Below, piece after piece: positions 1 through 9,775 of a stretch of 64,000 nucleotides of DNA (the stretch's first letter is position 1; every line of letters begins with the position of its first letter). Under the pieces are notes generated by a model that did no database searches, was not told the DNA's origin, and saw nothing but the letters and a program-made list of their open reading frames with translations. The stretch is taken from the NCBI GenBank assembly GCA_021163295.1, contig JAGGXD010000182.1, forward strand, positions 6,316 through 70,315, read 5' to 3'. The position numbers and the translations under genes were made by a program. Source of the DNA: Bacteroidales bacterium (lineage in GTDB: Bacteria > Bacteroidota > Bacteroidia > Bacteroidales > VadinHA17).

Positions 1-2
1 AA

Positions 3-797
3 AGCAGTGCTTTCTCAATTGCAACTGCAGGCTGTAATCTTGCATGTCTCAACTGCCAGAACTGGTCAATCTCACAGAAAAGTCCGCGTGAAACAAGGAA
101 TTTTGACCTGATGCCGGATAAAGTTATTGAGGCTGCTATTGAAAGTGATTGTGAATCAATAGCATATACGTATTCCGAACCAATTACATTTTTTGAATAT
201 ACTTACGATACTTCAATATTAGCGCACAAGGCAGGAATAAAAAACGTACTGGTTTCAGCCGGATATATCAACGAAGAACCCCTGAGAAAACTTGCCAGTG
301 TAATTGATGCTGCTAATATTGATCTTAAGTCGTTTAAAGACAGTATATACCTGAAGTTAAATGCAGGAAAACTTGAACCAGTGCTTCGTACTCTTAAGAT
401 TTTGAATGAGGTTGGAGTATGGTTAGAAATTACAAATCTTATTGTCCCGGGTTGGACTGATGATTTTGATATGATAAAGGAGATGTGTGATTGGTTGTTT
501 AAGAATGGATTTGCTGATAACCCGTTGCATTTCAGTCGTTTTCAGCCTTTATATAAATTAACACAACTACCTCCTACTCCCCTGTCAACTCTAACTAAGG
601 CAAGGGAAATTGCATTGGATGCAGGGATAAAATATGTTTACATTGGTAATGTTCCGGGAACAGATGCCGAAAATACTTTCTGCCATAATTGTAATAAGAT
701 TATTATAAAACGACGTGGATACAGTATTCTGTCAAACCATATTAAGAATGGAAAGTGTGAGTATTGCGGTGAGCCTGTTGCAGGAGTATGGGAGTAA
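3..797 (+). CDS. Radical SAM enzyme, AmmeMemoRadiSam-system / PflA-activase-like; 5' end cut by window edge
   Basis: The frame is open from nt 3. Residues upstream of the ORF-track Met (nt 111) read SSAFSIATAGCNLACLNCQNW, which contains the canonical CxxxCxxC radical-SAM cluster motif. C-terminal cysteine pairs CHNCNK..CEYCG. Family name is from recalled homology. Confidence 0.7.
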   Translation, partial: SSAFSIATAGCNLACLNCQNWSISQKSPRETRNFDLMPDKVIEAAIESDCESIAYTYSEPITFFEYTYDTSILAHKAGIKNVLVSAGYINEEPLRKLASVIDAANIDLKSFKDSIYLKLNAGKLEPVLRTLKILNEVGVWLEITNLIVPGWTDDFDMIKEMCDWLFKNGFADNPLHFSRFQPLYKLTQLPPTPLSTLTKAREIALDAGIKYVYIGNVPGTDAENTFCHNCNKIIIKRRGYSILSNHIKNGKCEYCGEPVAGVWE

Positions 798-816
798 TTG
801 TTAACTTTGGCTCCTT

Positions 817-1395
817 ATGTTGAAGATAAACGATAAATGGACCTTCTTAATAAAGAATCTGCTTAATGGGATTTTCTGGCTTGCACTTTTTCTTGTAGTA
901 TTTATTCTGATCAAGAATGGGATTGATCTGAAATCTTCTCCTATTATAAATTCAATTCAGGATAAGCCGGTATTAGTTCTTTTTGTATATATCTTTTCAG
1001 AGGTTGTATTCGGGATCATCCCTCCTGAGTTTTTCATGCTCTGGTCGCTTCAATACACCAACCCTTTGCATTATGGTCTTATTGTATTATTACTTGCTGT
1101 TATTTCTTATATGGCAGGTGTATTAGGTTACTGGATTGGGGTATTCTTTAACAGGACAAGGTGGTATAGATATCTTCACGAAAAGTTTTTATATAAATAT
1201 CATGGAACAGCAAACCGGTTTGGTCTTTATTTAATTGCTGTTGCCAGTATGACACCAATACCTTTCTCAGCTATTTGTATGATTGTTGGGAGTGCAAGGT
1301 ATCCATTCAAAAAGCTTTTATTATATGCATGTTTTAGATTCGTGAGATTTGGTTTATACTCATTTCTTATTTGGCACGCGAATATTATGGGGTGA
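817..1395 (+). CDS. Integral membrane protein, DedA/YqaA (VTT-domain)-like
   Basis: 192-aa ORF with 4-5 hydrophobic segments (FWLALFLVVFILI, LVLFVYIFSEVVFGIIPPEFF, IVLLLAVISYMAGVLGYWIGVFF, LYLIAVASMTPIPFSAICMIVG). Confidence 0.45.
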   Translation: MLKINDKWTFLIKNLLNGIFWLALFLVVFILIKNGIDLKSSPIINSIQDKPVLVLFVYIFSEVVFGIIPPEFFMLWSLQYTNPLHYGLIVLLLAVISYMAGVLGYWIGVFFNRTRWYRYLHEKFLYKYHGTANRFGLYLIAVASMTPIPFSAICMIVGSARYPFKKLLLYACFRFVRFGLYSFLIWHANIMG

Positions 1396-1403
1396 TGCAG
1401 TGT

Positions 1404-1436
1404 GTTGAGTAGTTGAGTAGTTAAGTAAGTTGAGTG
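1404..1436 (+). repeat. Imperfect 8-bp tandem repeat (GTTGAGTA x3, then degenerate) inside a C-poor spacer
   Basis: gttgagta gttgagta gttaagta agttgagtg, read directly. It starts 9 nt after the TGA at 1393-1395. The spacer 1396-1470 has only 3 C. Confidence 0.7.
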
Positions 1437-1474
1437 GGAAGACGAGGAGAAGAATAGGTGCAATTTAGTAGCCT

Positions 1475-2335
1475 TTATTCTTCGTAGAAAAACCTGGAAA
1501 CAAGTGAAGCTGGTATCTCTTCAAAATAACGGTTTGAGGGATGAATATTTTCAGGAGCATTTGACAGGATTTCGTTAGGTGATTTTTCCTTTTCGTTCTT
1601 TAACCTTTCAAAAAATGTTCCGGAAGTAATATCCCTGTCTGTTTTTTTTCTTGAATCAGAAAAGACATAAAGATCTTTATTATAGTATTTGCATGCAAGT
1701 GCAATGAGCATACTGCCTGTTTTATTAACAAAACTCTTTTCAAAAATCGCATCTGCGCCAAGTATAGCGTAATCAATTGCTGGTATATGTAAACTAACTG
1801 ATGCATCGGTTATCAATGTAATATTCAATTTTTTTCTTGCAAGGAACTTTGCCTGAAGTATCCCTTCTTTTGCCGGATATGAGACAGTTTGTATGATATC
1901 AGGACAAATATTCTTTTTACATAATATATTAAAAACTGATCTGATAGTTAAACTATTACTATGCAACAGAACTTTTTTATTCTTCAAATCAAGGCTACTA
2001 ATTACTGATGCAGCTATTCTGTCATTAACATCTTTCCATTTACTTTTATAGGATAACAGGAACTGTGACATTTCTTTCATTATTTCTCTGGCCGGGAACC
2101 GGTATCCTTCAAGTACTTTAAGCCTATTATTGAATGCCCTGTAAAAATGAAAATAAATTGAAAAACCAGGGAAACCATCAATTAGACGGTTTAAAATACT
2201 CTTCATATCCTGTATAGAATAATTTCCGATATCATTATGATATTCCTCCAACAGATCCAACAGTCTGGCAAGAAGTGCTGATGAGCCTGAACGATTGTCA
2301 CTCAATAATTTATCTATTTCTTTGAAAATATTCAT
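1475..2335 (-). CDS. eIF-2B alpha/beta/delta-family protein (sugar-phosphate isomerase-like fold)
   Basis: The ORF track gives 1475..2407, but that start abuts the divergent gene at 2411. I trimmed to the internal ATG at 2335 (MNIFKEIDKLLSDNRSGSSALL). The C-terminal half (GADAIFEKSFVNKTGSMLIALACKYYNKDLYVF) resembles the IF-2B/MtnA family. Confidence 0.55.
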   Translation of the reverse strand: MNIFKEIDKLLSDNRSGSSALLARLLDLLEEYHNDIGNYSIQDMKSILNRLIDGFPGFSIYFHFYRAFNNRLKVLEGYRFPAREIMKEMSQFLLSYKSKWKDVNDRIAASVISSLDLKNKKVLLHSNSLTIRSVFNILCKKNICPDIIQTVSYPAKEGILQAKFLARKKLNITLITDASVSLHIPAIDYAILGADAIFEKSFVNKTGSMLIALACKYYNKDLYVFSDSRKKTDRDITSGTFFERLKNEKEKSPNEILSNAPENIHPSNRYFEEIPASLVSRFFYEE

Positions 2336-2410
2336 GTAATGTTTTTCGACATAAAAGTAAGAATTTAGATTATTATTAGTATATTCCTGAAAATAATTAA
2401 TTATCAAAAT

Positions 2411-4018
2411 TTGTATAAACTTAGTTCTAACATTTCCACAAATTCGACCGGATTCAAGGAGAAAAGGGAAGCGAATTTAAAATTGGTTGAAGAATATAAA
2501 AAGGAAATTCGCAAATTACAGGAGGGCGGAGGGAAAAATGCTATTGATAAACACAGGTCGAGAGGTAAGTTGCTTGCACGTGAAAGAATAGATTTATTAA
2601 TTGATCCGGATACACCTTTCCTGGAGCTTTCGGCACTGGCAGCTTACAATCAGTATGATAATAAATTCCCATCGGCAGGAATTGTTACAGGGATAGGTAT
2701 TATTCATGGCAGGGAGACAATAATTGTAGCTAATGATGCTACAGTTAAAGGCGGAACATATATTTCTGAAACAATAAAGAAACACATTCGTGCGCAGGAA
2801 ATTGCTATGGAAAACCGTTTACCTTGTGTCTATATGGTAGATTCGGGTGGAGTTTTTTTACCTGATCAGGCAAAAGTTTTTCCGGACAAATATGATTTCG
2901 GCAGGATTTTCTTTAACCAGGCAAGGTTATCGGCAGAAGGAATACCACAATTATCTATTGTTATGGGATCCTGTACTGCCGGTGGTGCTTATGTTCCTGC
3001 TATGAGTGACGAGACAATTATCGTAAAAAAACAAGGAACAATTTTTATTGGTGGTCCTCCATTAGTTAAGGCTGCTACAGGTGAGGAAGTTACTGCCGAG
3101 GAGCTTGGTGGTGCTGATATTCACACTTCTGCTTCAGGTGTCTCTGATCATTTTGCTAATAATGATAAGCATGCAATTCAGATTTGCAGAAATATTTTCG
3201 AAACACTTCCACTCCCCGAAAGGCAAGCACTTGATCTTGCTTCAATTGAAGAACCTGCATACGATCCTGAAGAATTGTATGGAATAGCTCCTGTTGATAT
3301 AAAGCAATCAGTCGATTCAAAAGAAATTATTATGCGAATTGTTGATGGTAGCAAGTTTCATGAGTTTAAACAGCGTTATGCCCCAACAATGACAACCGGA
3401 TTTGCAAGAATTATGGGTTATCCTGTTGGAATTCTTGCAAATAATGGAGTATTATTCTCTGAAACTTCTCTGAAAGGAACTCATTTTATTGAGTTATGTA
3501 CACAGAGAAAAATACCGATCATTTTCCTGCAGAATATTACAGGCTTTATTGTTGGCAGAAAGTATGAAAAGCAAGGTATTGCAAGGGATGGAGCCAAGTT
3601 GGTGCATGCAGTAGCAAATGCTACGGTACCTAAGTTTTCAATAATTTTTGGTGGATCATTTGGAGCAGGTAATTATGCAATGGCTGGCAGGGCATACGAA
3701 CCAAGATTGTTATTTATGTGGCCGAATGCCAGAATATCTGTAATGGGTGGCGATCAGGCAGCTGATGTACTGGTAACAATAAAAAGAGATCAGTATATAG
3801 CAAAAAACAAAAAAACTCCTGAGAAGGAACTAATAAAACTAAGAACCGAGATATTAAAAAAGTATAATTACGAAGGTTCTGCTTACTATAGCACATCGCG
3901 ATTATGGGATGACGGAATAATTGACCAGGTGGATACAAGGAAAATATTGGCAATGGGGATATCAATGTCTCTTAACAGGAGGTTCCCTGATCCAAAATTC
4001 GGAGTGTTCAGGATGTAA
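2411..4018 (+). CDS. Methylcrotonyl-CoA carboxylase beta subunit-like carboxyltransferase (liuB/mccB-like)
   Basis: 535-aa two-domain carboxyltransferase (ARERIDLLIDPDTPFLELS, GSCTAGGAYVPAMSDETIIV, PKFSIIFGGSFGAGNYAMAGRAY). There is no in-frame ATG near the 5' end, so TTG at 2411 is the likely start. Confidence 0.85.
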   Translation: MYKLSSNISTNSTGFKEKREANLKLVEEYKKEIRKLQEGGGKNAIDKHRSRGKLLARERIDLLIDPDTPFLELSALAAYNQYDNKFPSAGIVTGIGIIHGRETIIVANDATVKGGTYISETIKKHIRAQEIAMENRLPCVYMVDSGGVFLPDQAKVFPDKYDFGRIFFNQARLSAEGIPQLSIVMGSCTAGGAYVPAMSDETIIVKKQGTIFIGGPPLVKAATGEEVTAEELGGADIHTSASGVSDHFANNDKHAIQICRNIFETLPLPERQALDLASIEEPAYDPEELYGIAPVDIKQSVDSKEIIMRIVDGSKFHEFKQRYAPTMTTGFARIMGYPVGILANNGVLFSETSLKGTHFIELCTQRKIPIIFLQNITGFIVGRKYEKQGIARDGAKLVHAVANATVPKFSIIFGGSFGAGNYAMAGRAYEPRLLFMWPNARISVMGGDQAADVLVTIKRDQYIAKNKKTPEKELIKLRTEILKKYNYEGSAYYSTSRLWDDGIIDQVDTRKILAMGISMSLNRRFPDPKFGVFRM

Positions 4019-4055
4019 ACCAGTCCAAAGCCGGCAGTCGGCATGAAAGTAAATT

Positions 4056-4853
4056 ATGAGAGAATTCACAACTCTTTTAGTAGATTTTGAAGATGATGTA
4101 GCTGTTATATGGCTTAACAGACCGGAGATACATAATGCCTTTAATGAAATAATGATCTCGGAGCTGATTGACTGCTTTGAGGAAATTAATAAGCTGGATA
4201 AAATCAGGGTGGTAATTTTTAAAGGAAAAGGGGAATCTTTTTGTTCAGGAGCTGATCTTAATTGGATGAAGGATGTTGCAAATTATACATATGAGCAAAA
4301 CTACAATGAAAGTTACCAGCTTTCAAAATGCTTCCATACCATTTATACATGCAATAAACCAACAATAGCAGTGGTTCACGGAGCTGCTATTGGAGGGGCT
4401 AATGGTTTACTTGCCGCATGTGATATGGCATATTGTGATCATGACACGGTTTTTTCTCTTAGCGAAGTAAAAATTGGAATTATACCTGCATGTATTTCTC
4501 CATATGTAATAAAAAGAATTGGTGAATTTGCGGCAAGGGAACTGATGTTGACAGGCAGGCGAATAAAAGGAAAAGAGGCAGAATCGTTCCGTCTGGTTAA
4601 CAAATCACTTAACGTTAATGAGCAGGAATCATATATTAAATCGGTTATCGAAAAATTACAGACCAGTGGACCAAAGGCAATTGAGCATTGCAAAAAATTA
4701 ATATACAATATATCAAACAAGCTGACATTAGATCGGGCACTGGAGGAAACGGCAAGAATAATTGCAGAGATAAGAAAATCAGAAGAGGGCCAGGAAGGAA
4801 TGCAGGCTTTTCTTGAAAAAAGAATTCCAAAATGGGTATCCCGGAAGAAGTAA
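4056..4853 (+). CDS. Enoyl-CoA hydratase (crotonase) family, methylglutaconyl-CoA hydratase-like (liuC-like)
   Basis: 265-aa crotonase fold (VVIFKGKGESFCSGADLNWM, GAAIGGANGLLAACDMAY), sandwiched between the two MCC subunits. Confidence 0.8.
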   Translation: MREFTTLLVDFEDDVAVIWLNRPEIHNAFNEIMISELIDCFEEINKLDKIRVVIFKGKGESFCSGADLNWMKDVANYTYEQNYNESYQLSKCFHTIYTCNKPTIAVVHGAAIGGANGLLAACDMAYCDHDTVFSLSEVKIGIIPACISPYVIKRIGEFAARELMLTGRRIKGKEAESFRLVNKSLNVNEQESYIKSVIEKLQTSGPKAIEHCKKLIYNISNKLTLDRALEETARIIAEIRKSEEGQEGMQAFLEKRIPKWVSRKK

Positions 4854-4871
4854 GTAGTAGGAAGAAAAGAA

Positions 4872-4897
4872 GTTTGAGGTTTGAGGTTTGAAGTTTA
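4872..4897 (+). repeat. Heptamer tandem repeat GTTTGAG x3.5
   Basis: gtttgag gtttgag gtttgaa gttta, starting 19 nt after the TAA at 4851-4853. The same unit recurs at 49791-49825 on the other strand. Confidence 0.85.
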
Positions 4898-4960
4898 AGA
4901 AAGGAAGAGGAAAAATATTCGAGGAAAAATGCCAGGGTTAAGATTGAGAAATTATGAGTT

Positions 4961-6970
4961 ATGAAATTATTTAAAAAAATACTTGTAGCAAACAGAGGGG
5001 AAATTGCAATTCGTGTGATGCGTACTGCTAAAGAAATGGGTATAAGGACAGTAGCTATATATTCTGAAGTGGATGCTGATTCGTTTCATGTTAAAGTTGC
5101 AGATGAATCATACTGTATAGGGATTGAAAGTCTTGCTGAAACATATTTAAACATTGAAAAGATAATAAAGATTGCCCTGAAAGCTGGTTGTGAAGCAATT
5201 CATCCGGGTTATGGTTTTCTTGCTGAGAATCCTGAATTTGTTAATGCGTGTGAGAGTTCAGGTATAATATTTATCGGGCCTTCGGGTAAAGTGATTGCTT
5301 TAATGGGAAATAAAATTGAAGCCAGAAGTTTTATTAGAAGTATTAATATTCCACTTATTGAGGGTGCTGTAGGCAAGGATACTGAGTCATTGATAAAAGC
5401 AGGAAAGAAGATATCATTTCCCCTTTTATTGAAAGCTGCTGCTGGTGGTGGTGGTAAAGGGATGAGGATTGTCAGGGATGAAAAACAGCTTCGTGAAGGG
5501 TTAGAATCAACGGCCAGGGAAGCCGAAAAATATTTTGGTGATGGGACTGTTTATATTGAAAAGTACCTTGATGAATCAAGACATATAGAGTTTCAGGTTC
5601 TTGGTGATAATTTCGGGAATGCAATACATGTTTTTGAGAGAGAATGTTCAATACAAAGACGTTACCAGAAAATTATTGAAGAATCTCCTTCAGTTACATT
5701 ATCACCCAAAATCCGTGAGAAGATGGGTGAAACAGCAGTTAAAATATGTAAGAAAACGGGGTATAATAATGCAGGTACAATAGAATTCCTGGTTGATAAG
5801 AATCTGAATTTTTTCTTTCTCGAAATGAATACACGGATACAGGTTGAACATCCGGTAACAGAACTTACAACAGGGCTTGATCTGGTTAAGGAGCAGATAC
5901 TCATTAGTGCAGGAAATCCCTTGCGTTATAAACAAAAAGATATTGCACAAAAAGGTCACGCTATTGAAGCCAGAATATATGCAGAAGATCCCTCAAACAG
6001 TTTCCTGCCGTCACCGGGAAAAATGACATTTTATAAAGAACCGGCAGGTAAGAATACCAGGGTGGATACTGCTGTTAAAGAAGCTGCAGAGATTAAAAGT
6101 TTATACGATCCGATGATAAGCAAATTAATTGTTTATGGTAATAACAGGAATGAAGCAATAGGTAAGCTTGAATCAGCATTATCTGAATATGTAATTCATG
6201 GCATTCAAACAAATATTGAGTTCTTAATTGGGGTTTTACAACATGAAAAGTATAGGAATAATCAGATATCTACACTATTCTGTTCTGAGAAAAGTTCTGC
6301 AATCATTGATAGTATAAAAAGAAAAAAGCATAAATTGGCTTTGTTTGTTCCTGTACTGGTTTTTGCAGCTTATATCTTACATAAAAAAAAATCCGATCAT
6401 TTCTCTTTTGATATGGAAAAACAATTTATTTGGAATTATATAGGTTATTGGAGAAATATAATTAAAATACCTGTACAGGTTAACGGAGAGGAAAAAGAAG
6501 TAAATGTTTATTACAATAAAAATGGAGAATTTATAACGGAATTAGAAGAACGGGAATATTTAGTAAAATCTAACAGAATATCAAATGGGGAAATTGATAT
6601 ATACATAAATAATAAACCTGTTCACGCATTTATTTCTAAGAAAAGTATATTCCATTATTATATTACATATCAAGGGAATATTTTTGAGATAATCAGAAGA
6701 GATTATTTGCAGGATGATATGGATACCAGGTCGTTTGAAGAAGATTTTGGTGACGGTTCGGGTGTTTTGATATCCCCAATGCCAGGCAAAGTAATAAAGA
6801 TAAACACTAAGAAAGGTGCAAAGATATCCAAAGGAGCAGTTGTTATGATAATTGAAGCAATGAAGATGGAGAATAATATAATTGCCGGTAAAGATGGAGT
6901 TATAAGTAAAATAAATGTTACTTCCGGTCAAATGGTTGAAGGGGGAGCATCATTGGGTTTGATTGAATAA
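4961..6970 (+). CDS. Methylcrotonyl-CoA carboxylase alpha subunit-like (biotin carboxylase + BT linker + biotinyl domain; liuD/mccA-like)
   Basis: 669 aa. N-terminal ATP-grasp biotin carboxylase (ILVANRGEIAIRVMRTAKEMGI, KAAAGGGGKGMRIV, EMNTRIQVEHPVTE) and C-terminal biotinyl domain with the EAMKMEN biotinylation motif. Confidence 0.85.
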   Translation: MKLFKKILVANRGEIAIRVMRTAKEMGIRTVAIYSEVDADSFHVKVADESYCIGIESLAETYLNIEKIIKIALKAGCEAIHPGYGFLAENPEFVNACESSGIIFIGPSGKVIALMGNKIEARSFIRSINIPLIEGAVGKDTESLIKAGKKISFPLLLKAAAGGGGKGMRIVRDEKQLREGLESTAREAEKYFGDGTVYIEKYLDESRHIEFQVLGDNFGNAIHVFERECSIQRRYQKIIEESPSVTLSPKIREKMGETAVKICKKTGYNNAGTIEFLVDKNLNFFFLEMNTRIQVEHPVTELTTGLDLVKEQILISAGNPLRYKQKDIAQKGHAIEARIYAEDPSNSFLPSPGKMTFYKEPAGKNTRVDTAVKEAAEIKSLYDPMISKLIVYGNNRNEAIGKLESALSEYVIHGIQTNIEFLIGVLQHEKYRNNQISTLFCSEKSSAIIDSIKRKKHKLALFVPVLVFAAYILHKKKSDHFSFDMEKQFIWNYIGYWRNIIKIPVQVNGEEKEVNVYYNKNGEFITELEEREYLVKSNRISNGEIDIYINNKPVHAFISKKSIFHYYITYQGNIFEIIRRDYLQDDMDTRSFEEDFGDGSGVLISPMPGKVIKINTKKGAKISKGAVVMIIEAMKMENNIIAGKDGVISKINVTSGQMVEGGASLGLIE

Positions 6971-6999
6971 GGGAAGAAGGGATTAGAGGGAGTAAAGGG
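6971..6999 (+). other. Canonical G-quadruplex-forming motif (G3 N5 G3 N6 G3 N6 G3) on the mRNA-sense strand
   Basis: GGGaagaaGGGattagaGGGagtaaaGGG begins at the first nt after the TAA stop (6968-6970). There is no C until 7046. Confidence 0.6.
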
Positions 7000-7098
7000 A
7001 ATATGATGAAAAGAGGGAAAATAGTTAAGATTTGGATTTAAGAATCAAAAATAGAAAAAAATAGTTTTTAAATTTATTCACAATAAAAGATTACATAT

Positions 7099-8145
7099 AT
7101 GGTTGGAATTATCGGATATGGTACACAAATACCTCGTTATCGCATAAAGGTTGAAGAGATAGCGAAGGTTTGGGGAGCGGATGCAGCTGCTTTATCAAAT
7201 GGATTGAACCTTTTTGAAAAATCGGTACCTGCACCTGATGAGGATACTGCTACACTTGCAGTTAGTGCGGCAAAAAATGCTCTTGCAAGAGCAGGAATTG
7301 ATCCGAAATTGATCGGAGCTGTTTATGTAGGAAGCGAATCGCATCCTTATGCTGTTAAGCCTACGGGAACAATTGTTTCTGAAGCATTGGGCATTTGTCC
7401 TTATGTTCACACGGCAGATCTTGAATTTGCCTGTAAAGCGGGTACTGAAGGTATGTTCATTGCCTTGCATCTTGTTAAAACCGGTGTAATGGAATGTGCA
7501 CTGGCAATAGGTGCTGATACCTCTCAGGGAGCTCCGGGAGATGCACTTGAATATTCAGCGAGTGCGGGGGCTGCAGCGTTTATAATGGGAACAAAAAATA
7601 TTGTTGCTGAATTGGTGGATACTCAATGTTATATGACAGATACTCCTGATTTTTGGAGACGGGAAAATGCTCACTATCCTGAACATGGTGGCAGATTTAC
7701 CGGCAAACCGGCATATCAGAAACATGTTTTCGGAGCTGTAAAGGCAATCCTTGAAAAAACAGGAATGAAGCCAAAGGATTTTGACTATCTTGTTTTTCAT
7801 CAGCCAAATGGCAAATTCCCGGTTCAGGCTGCAAAACAGCTTGGTTTCACAGAAGCTCAGTATCGTTATGGCTTATTAACCCCTACTCTGGGGAATACTT
7901 ATTCGGGCTCCTCCCCTATAGGATTAGCTGCCACCTTAGATGAAGCCGGTTCTGATCAGCTCATACTGCTTGTATCATACGGATCAGGGGCAGGAAGTGA
8001 TGCCTTTGTGTTTCGTACCACAAAACATTTGCTGAAAATCCAGAATCTGGCTCCCAGGGTCAGAAAGCAATTAAACAAACATTTAACATATCTGGAGTAT
8101 GGTGAGTATGCAAAATTCAGAGGTAAAATTCTTAAACCAGAATAG
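7099..8145 (+). CDS. Hydroxymethylglutaryl-CoA synthase, archaeal/short type
   Basis: 348 aa. The N-terminus (MVGIIGYGTQIPRYRIKVEEIAKVWG..EKSVPAPDEDTATLAV..GSESHPYAVKPT..DLEFACKAGT) closely matches the archaeal-type HMGCS pattern as I recall it. Confidence 0.8.
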   Translation: MVGIIGYGTQIPRYRIKVEEIAKVWGADAAALSNGLNLFEKSVPAPDEDTATLAVSAAKNALARAGIDPKLIGAVYVGSESHPYAVKPTGTIVSEALGICPYVHTADLEFACKAGTEGMFIALHLVKTGVMECALAIGADTSQGAPGDALEYSASAGAAAFIMGTKNIVAELVDTQCYMTDTPDFWRRENAHYPEHGGRFTGKPAYQKHVFGAVKAILEKTGMKPKDFDYLVFHQPNGKFPVQAAKQLGFTEAQYRYGLLTPTLGNTYSGSSPIGLAATLDEAGSDQLILLVSYGSGAGSDAFVFRTTKHLLKIQNLAPRVRKQLNKHLTYLEYGEYAKFRGKILKPE

Positions 8146-8154
8146 GAGAATAAT

Positions 8155-9312
8155 ATGAAAGAAATAGCTGTAATAGGAATTGGAATAACAAAATTCGGTG
8201 AACTATGGGAAAAATCTCTTAGAGATATTGCCGTAGAAAGTGCAATGAATTGTCTTGATGATTCGGGTATCGACAGGATTGATTCAATTAATATTGGCTG
8301 TATGTCAAGCGGATTATTTAATGGACAGGAACATCTGGCAAGTATGATCGCTGATTATTTAGGAAGATTGGACATTCCATCAACTCGTGTTGAATCTGCT
8401 TGTGTTTCCGGAGGTCTTGCTGTTCGTAATGCCTGCCTGGAAATTGCTGCGGGAGTTTCTGATTATGCATTAGCCATAGGAGTGGAAAAAATGACTGATG
8501 TGAGTATGGGAAATGCAACTTATGCTTTAGCAACTGCAGCCGATCAGGATTATGAAGCATTTCACGGAATTACATTTCCCGGATTATATGCAATGCTTGC
8601 CAGGGCACACATGGAGCGTTATGGAACAACAAGGGAACAAATGGCACAGGTTTCTGTAAAAAACCATTATAATGGTTCGATGAATCCAAATGCCCAGTTT
8701 CCTTTCAAAATTACACAGGATACAGTTCTGAATTCGACCATGATCGCTGATCCTTTACGTTTAATGGATTGCTCACCTGTTACTGATGGTGCTGCAGCAG
8801 TGTTACTTACCACAGTTGAAAAAGCTAAAAAGCTAAATAAGCACCCACTGGTTGTAATAACCGGTATTGGCAGTGCTACTGATACAATTGCTCTTAGTCA
8901 TCGTAAGGAACTAACCGAATTAAAGGCTGTTAAAACATCTGCTGCCAAAGCATTACAAATGGCAGGAAAAACTATTAATGATATTGATTTTGCCGAGGTG
9001 CATGATTGTTTCACAATCGCTGAAATCCTGGTATTGGAATCAATGGGTATAGTTGGTCCGGGTAAAGGTGGTCCTGCAACAGTTGATGGTTATACTGCAC
9101 TTGATGGGAAATTCCCTGTTAATCCATCAGGAGGATTGAAGTCGAAAGGACATCCCGTTGGAGCTACAGGTGTTGCACAGATTTTTGAAGTTGTAAATCA
9201 ATTAAGAGGCAATAGCGAAAAACGCCAGATTCCCGAAGTAAAAACCGGTCTTGCCCAGAATATGGGTGGATCCGGTGGAAGTAGTATTTGTCACATATTA
9301 GAAGTTAAATAA
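8155..9312 (+). CDS. Thiolase (acetyl-CoA acetyltransferase), archaeal/SCP-x type
   Basis: 385-aa thiolase fold ([10 protein letters not shown] active-site Cys region, [24 protein letters not shown]). The gap to HMGCS is 9 nt. Confidence 0.8.
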   Translation: MKEIAVIGIGITKFGELWEKSLRDIAVESAMNCLDDSGIDRIDSINIGCMSSGLFNGQEHLASMIADYLGRLDIPSTRVESACVSGGLAVRNACLEIAAGVSDYALAIGVEKMTDVSMGNATYALATAADQDYEAFHGITFPGLYAMLARAHMERYGTTREQMAQVSVKNHYNGSMNPNAQFPFKITQDTVLNSTMIADPLRLMDCSPVTDGAAAVLLTTVEKAKKLNKHPLVVITGIGSATDTIALSHRKELTELKAVKTSAAKALQMAGKTINDIDFAEVHDCFTIAEILVLESMGIVGPGKGGPATVDGYTALDGKFPVNPSGGLKSKGHPVGATGVAQIFEVVNQLRGNSEKRQIPEVKTGLAQNMGGSGGSSICHILEVK

Positions 9313-9347
9313 ATACAACATGTTATTAATTTAAAAACTAACATATT

Positions 9348-9746
9348 ATGAATGTTCCAAGACACTGGAGAGAAACGCCTGAACGTTACAGGATGGAAGC
9401 AGTAAAATGCAGGAAATGTGGAAAAATTTCATTTCCTGCCAGGCTAATTTGTCCTGAATGTAAAAACAAGGTATTTGATAAAATTAACCTTTCGGGGAAA
9501 GGCAAACTTTTAACATATACAATTATTCGAACTGCCCCTGAAGGATTTGAAGATGTTGCACCATATGCTGTTGGTATTGTTGAAATGGAAGAGGGGGTCA
9601 GGGTTATGGGGCAGATTACCGATTGTGATCTGTTGAGTTTGAAAACCGGTGATAAGTTAATTTCCAAGTTCAGAAGAATGAATGAGGAAGGAAAAACAGG
9701 ACTTATAATGTATTCATACAAGTTCGTTCCCGATATTGGAATCTGA
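9348..9746 (+). CDS. DUF35 Zn-ribbon/OB-fold protein (scaffold of thiolase/HMGCS complex)
   Basis: 132 aa. CRKCGKISFPARLICPECK zinc ribbon followed by an OB-fold-like region. Conserved gene partnership with the two preceding genes. Confidence 0.75.
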   Translation: MNVPRHWRETPERYRMEAVKCRKCGKISFPARLICPECKNKVFDKINLSGKGKLLTYTIIRTAPEGFEDVAPYAVGIVEMEEGVRVMGQITDCDLLSLKTGDKLISKFRRMNEEGKTGLIMYSYKFVPDIGI

Positions 9747-9775
9747 AAAAGAAAAAATATTAACCTGAATTAAAT

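Noticed and set aside
4872-4897. Heptamer repeat tracts (also 37958-37987, 41640-41674, 49791-49825) as CRISPR arrays or type III toxin-antitoxin RNA repeats.
   Set aside because: The units are only 7 nt, directly tandem without spacers, and 25-35 nt in total. There are no cas or toxin genes nearby.
6332-6390. A hydrophobic stretch (LALFVPVLVFAAYIL, followed by HKKK) in the MCC-alpha-like protein, suggesting a membrane-anchored biotin enzyme.
   Set aside because: It lies in the linker (BT-domain) region between the BC and biotinyl domains, where buried hydrophobic strands are normal. It is a single 15-residue stretch with no other membrane features. This cannot be decided without a structure prediction.
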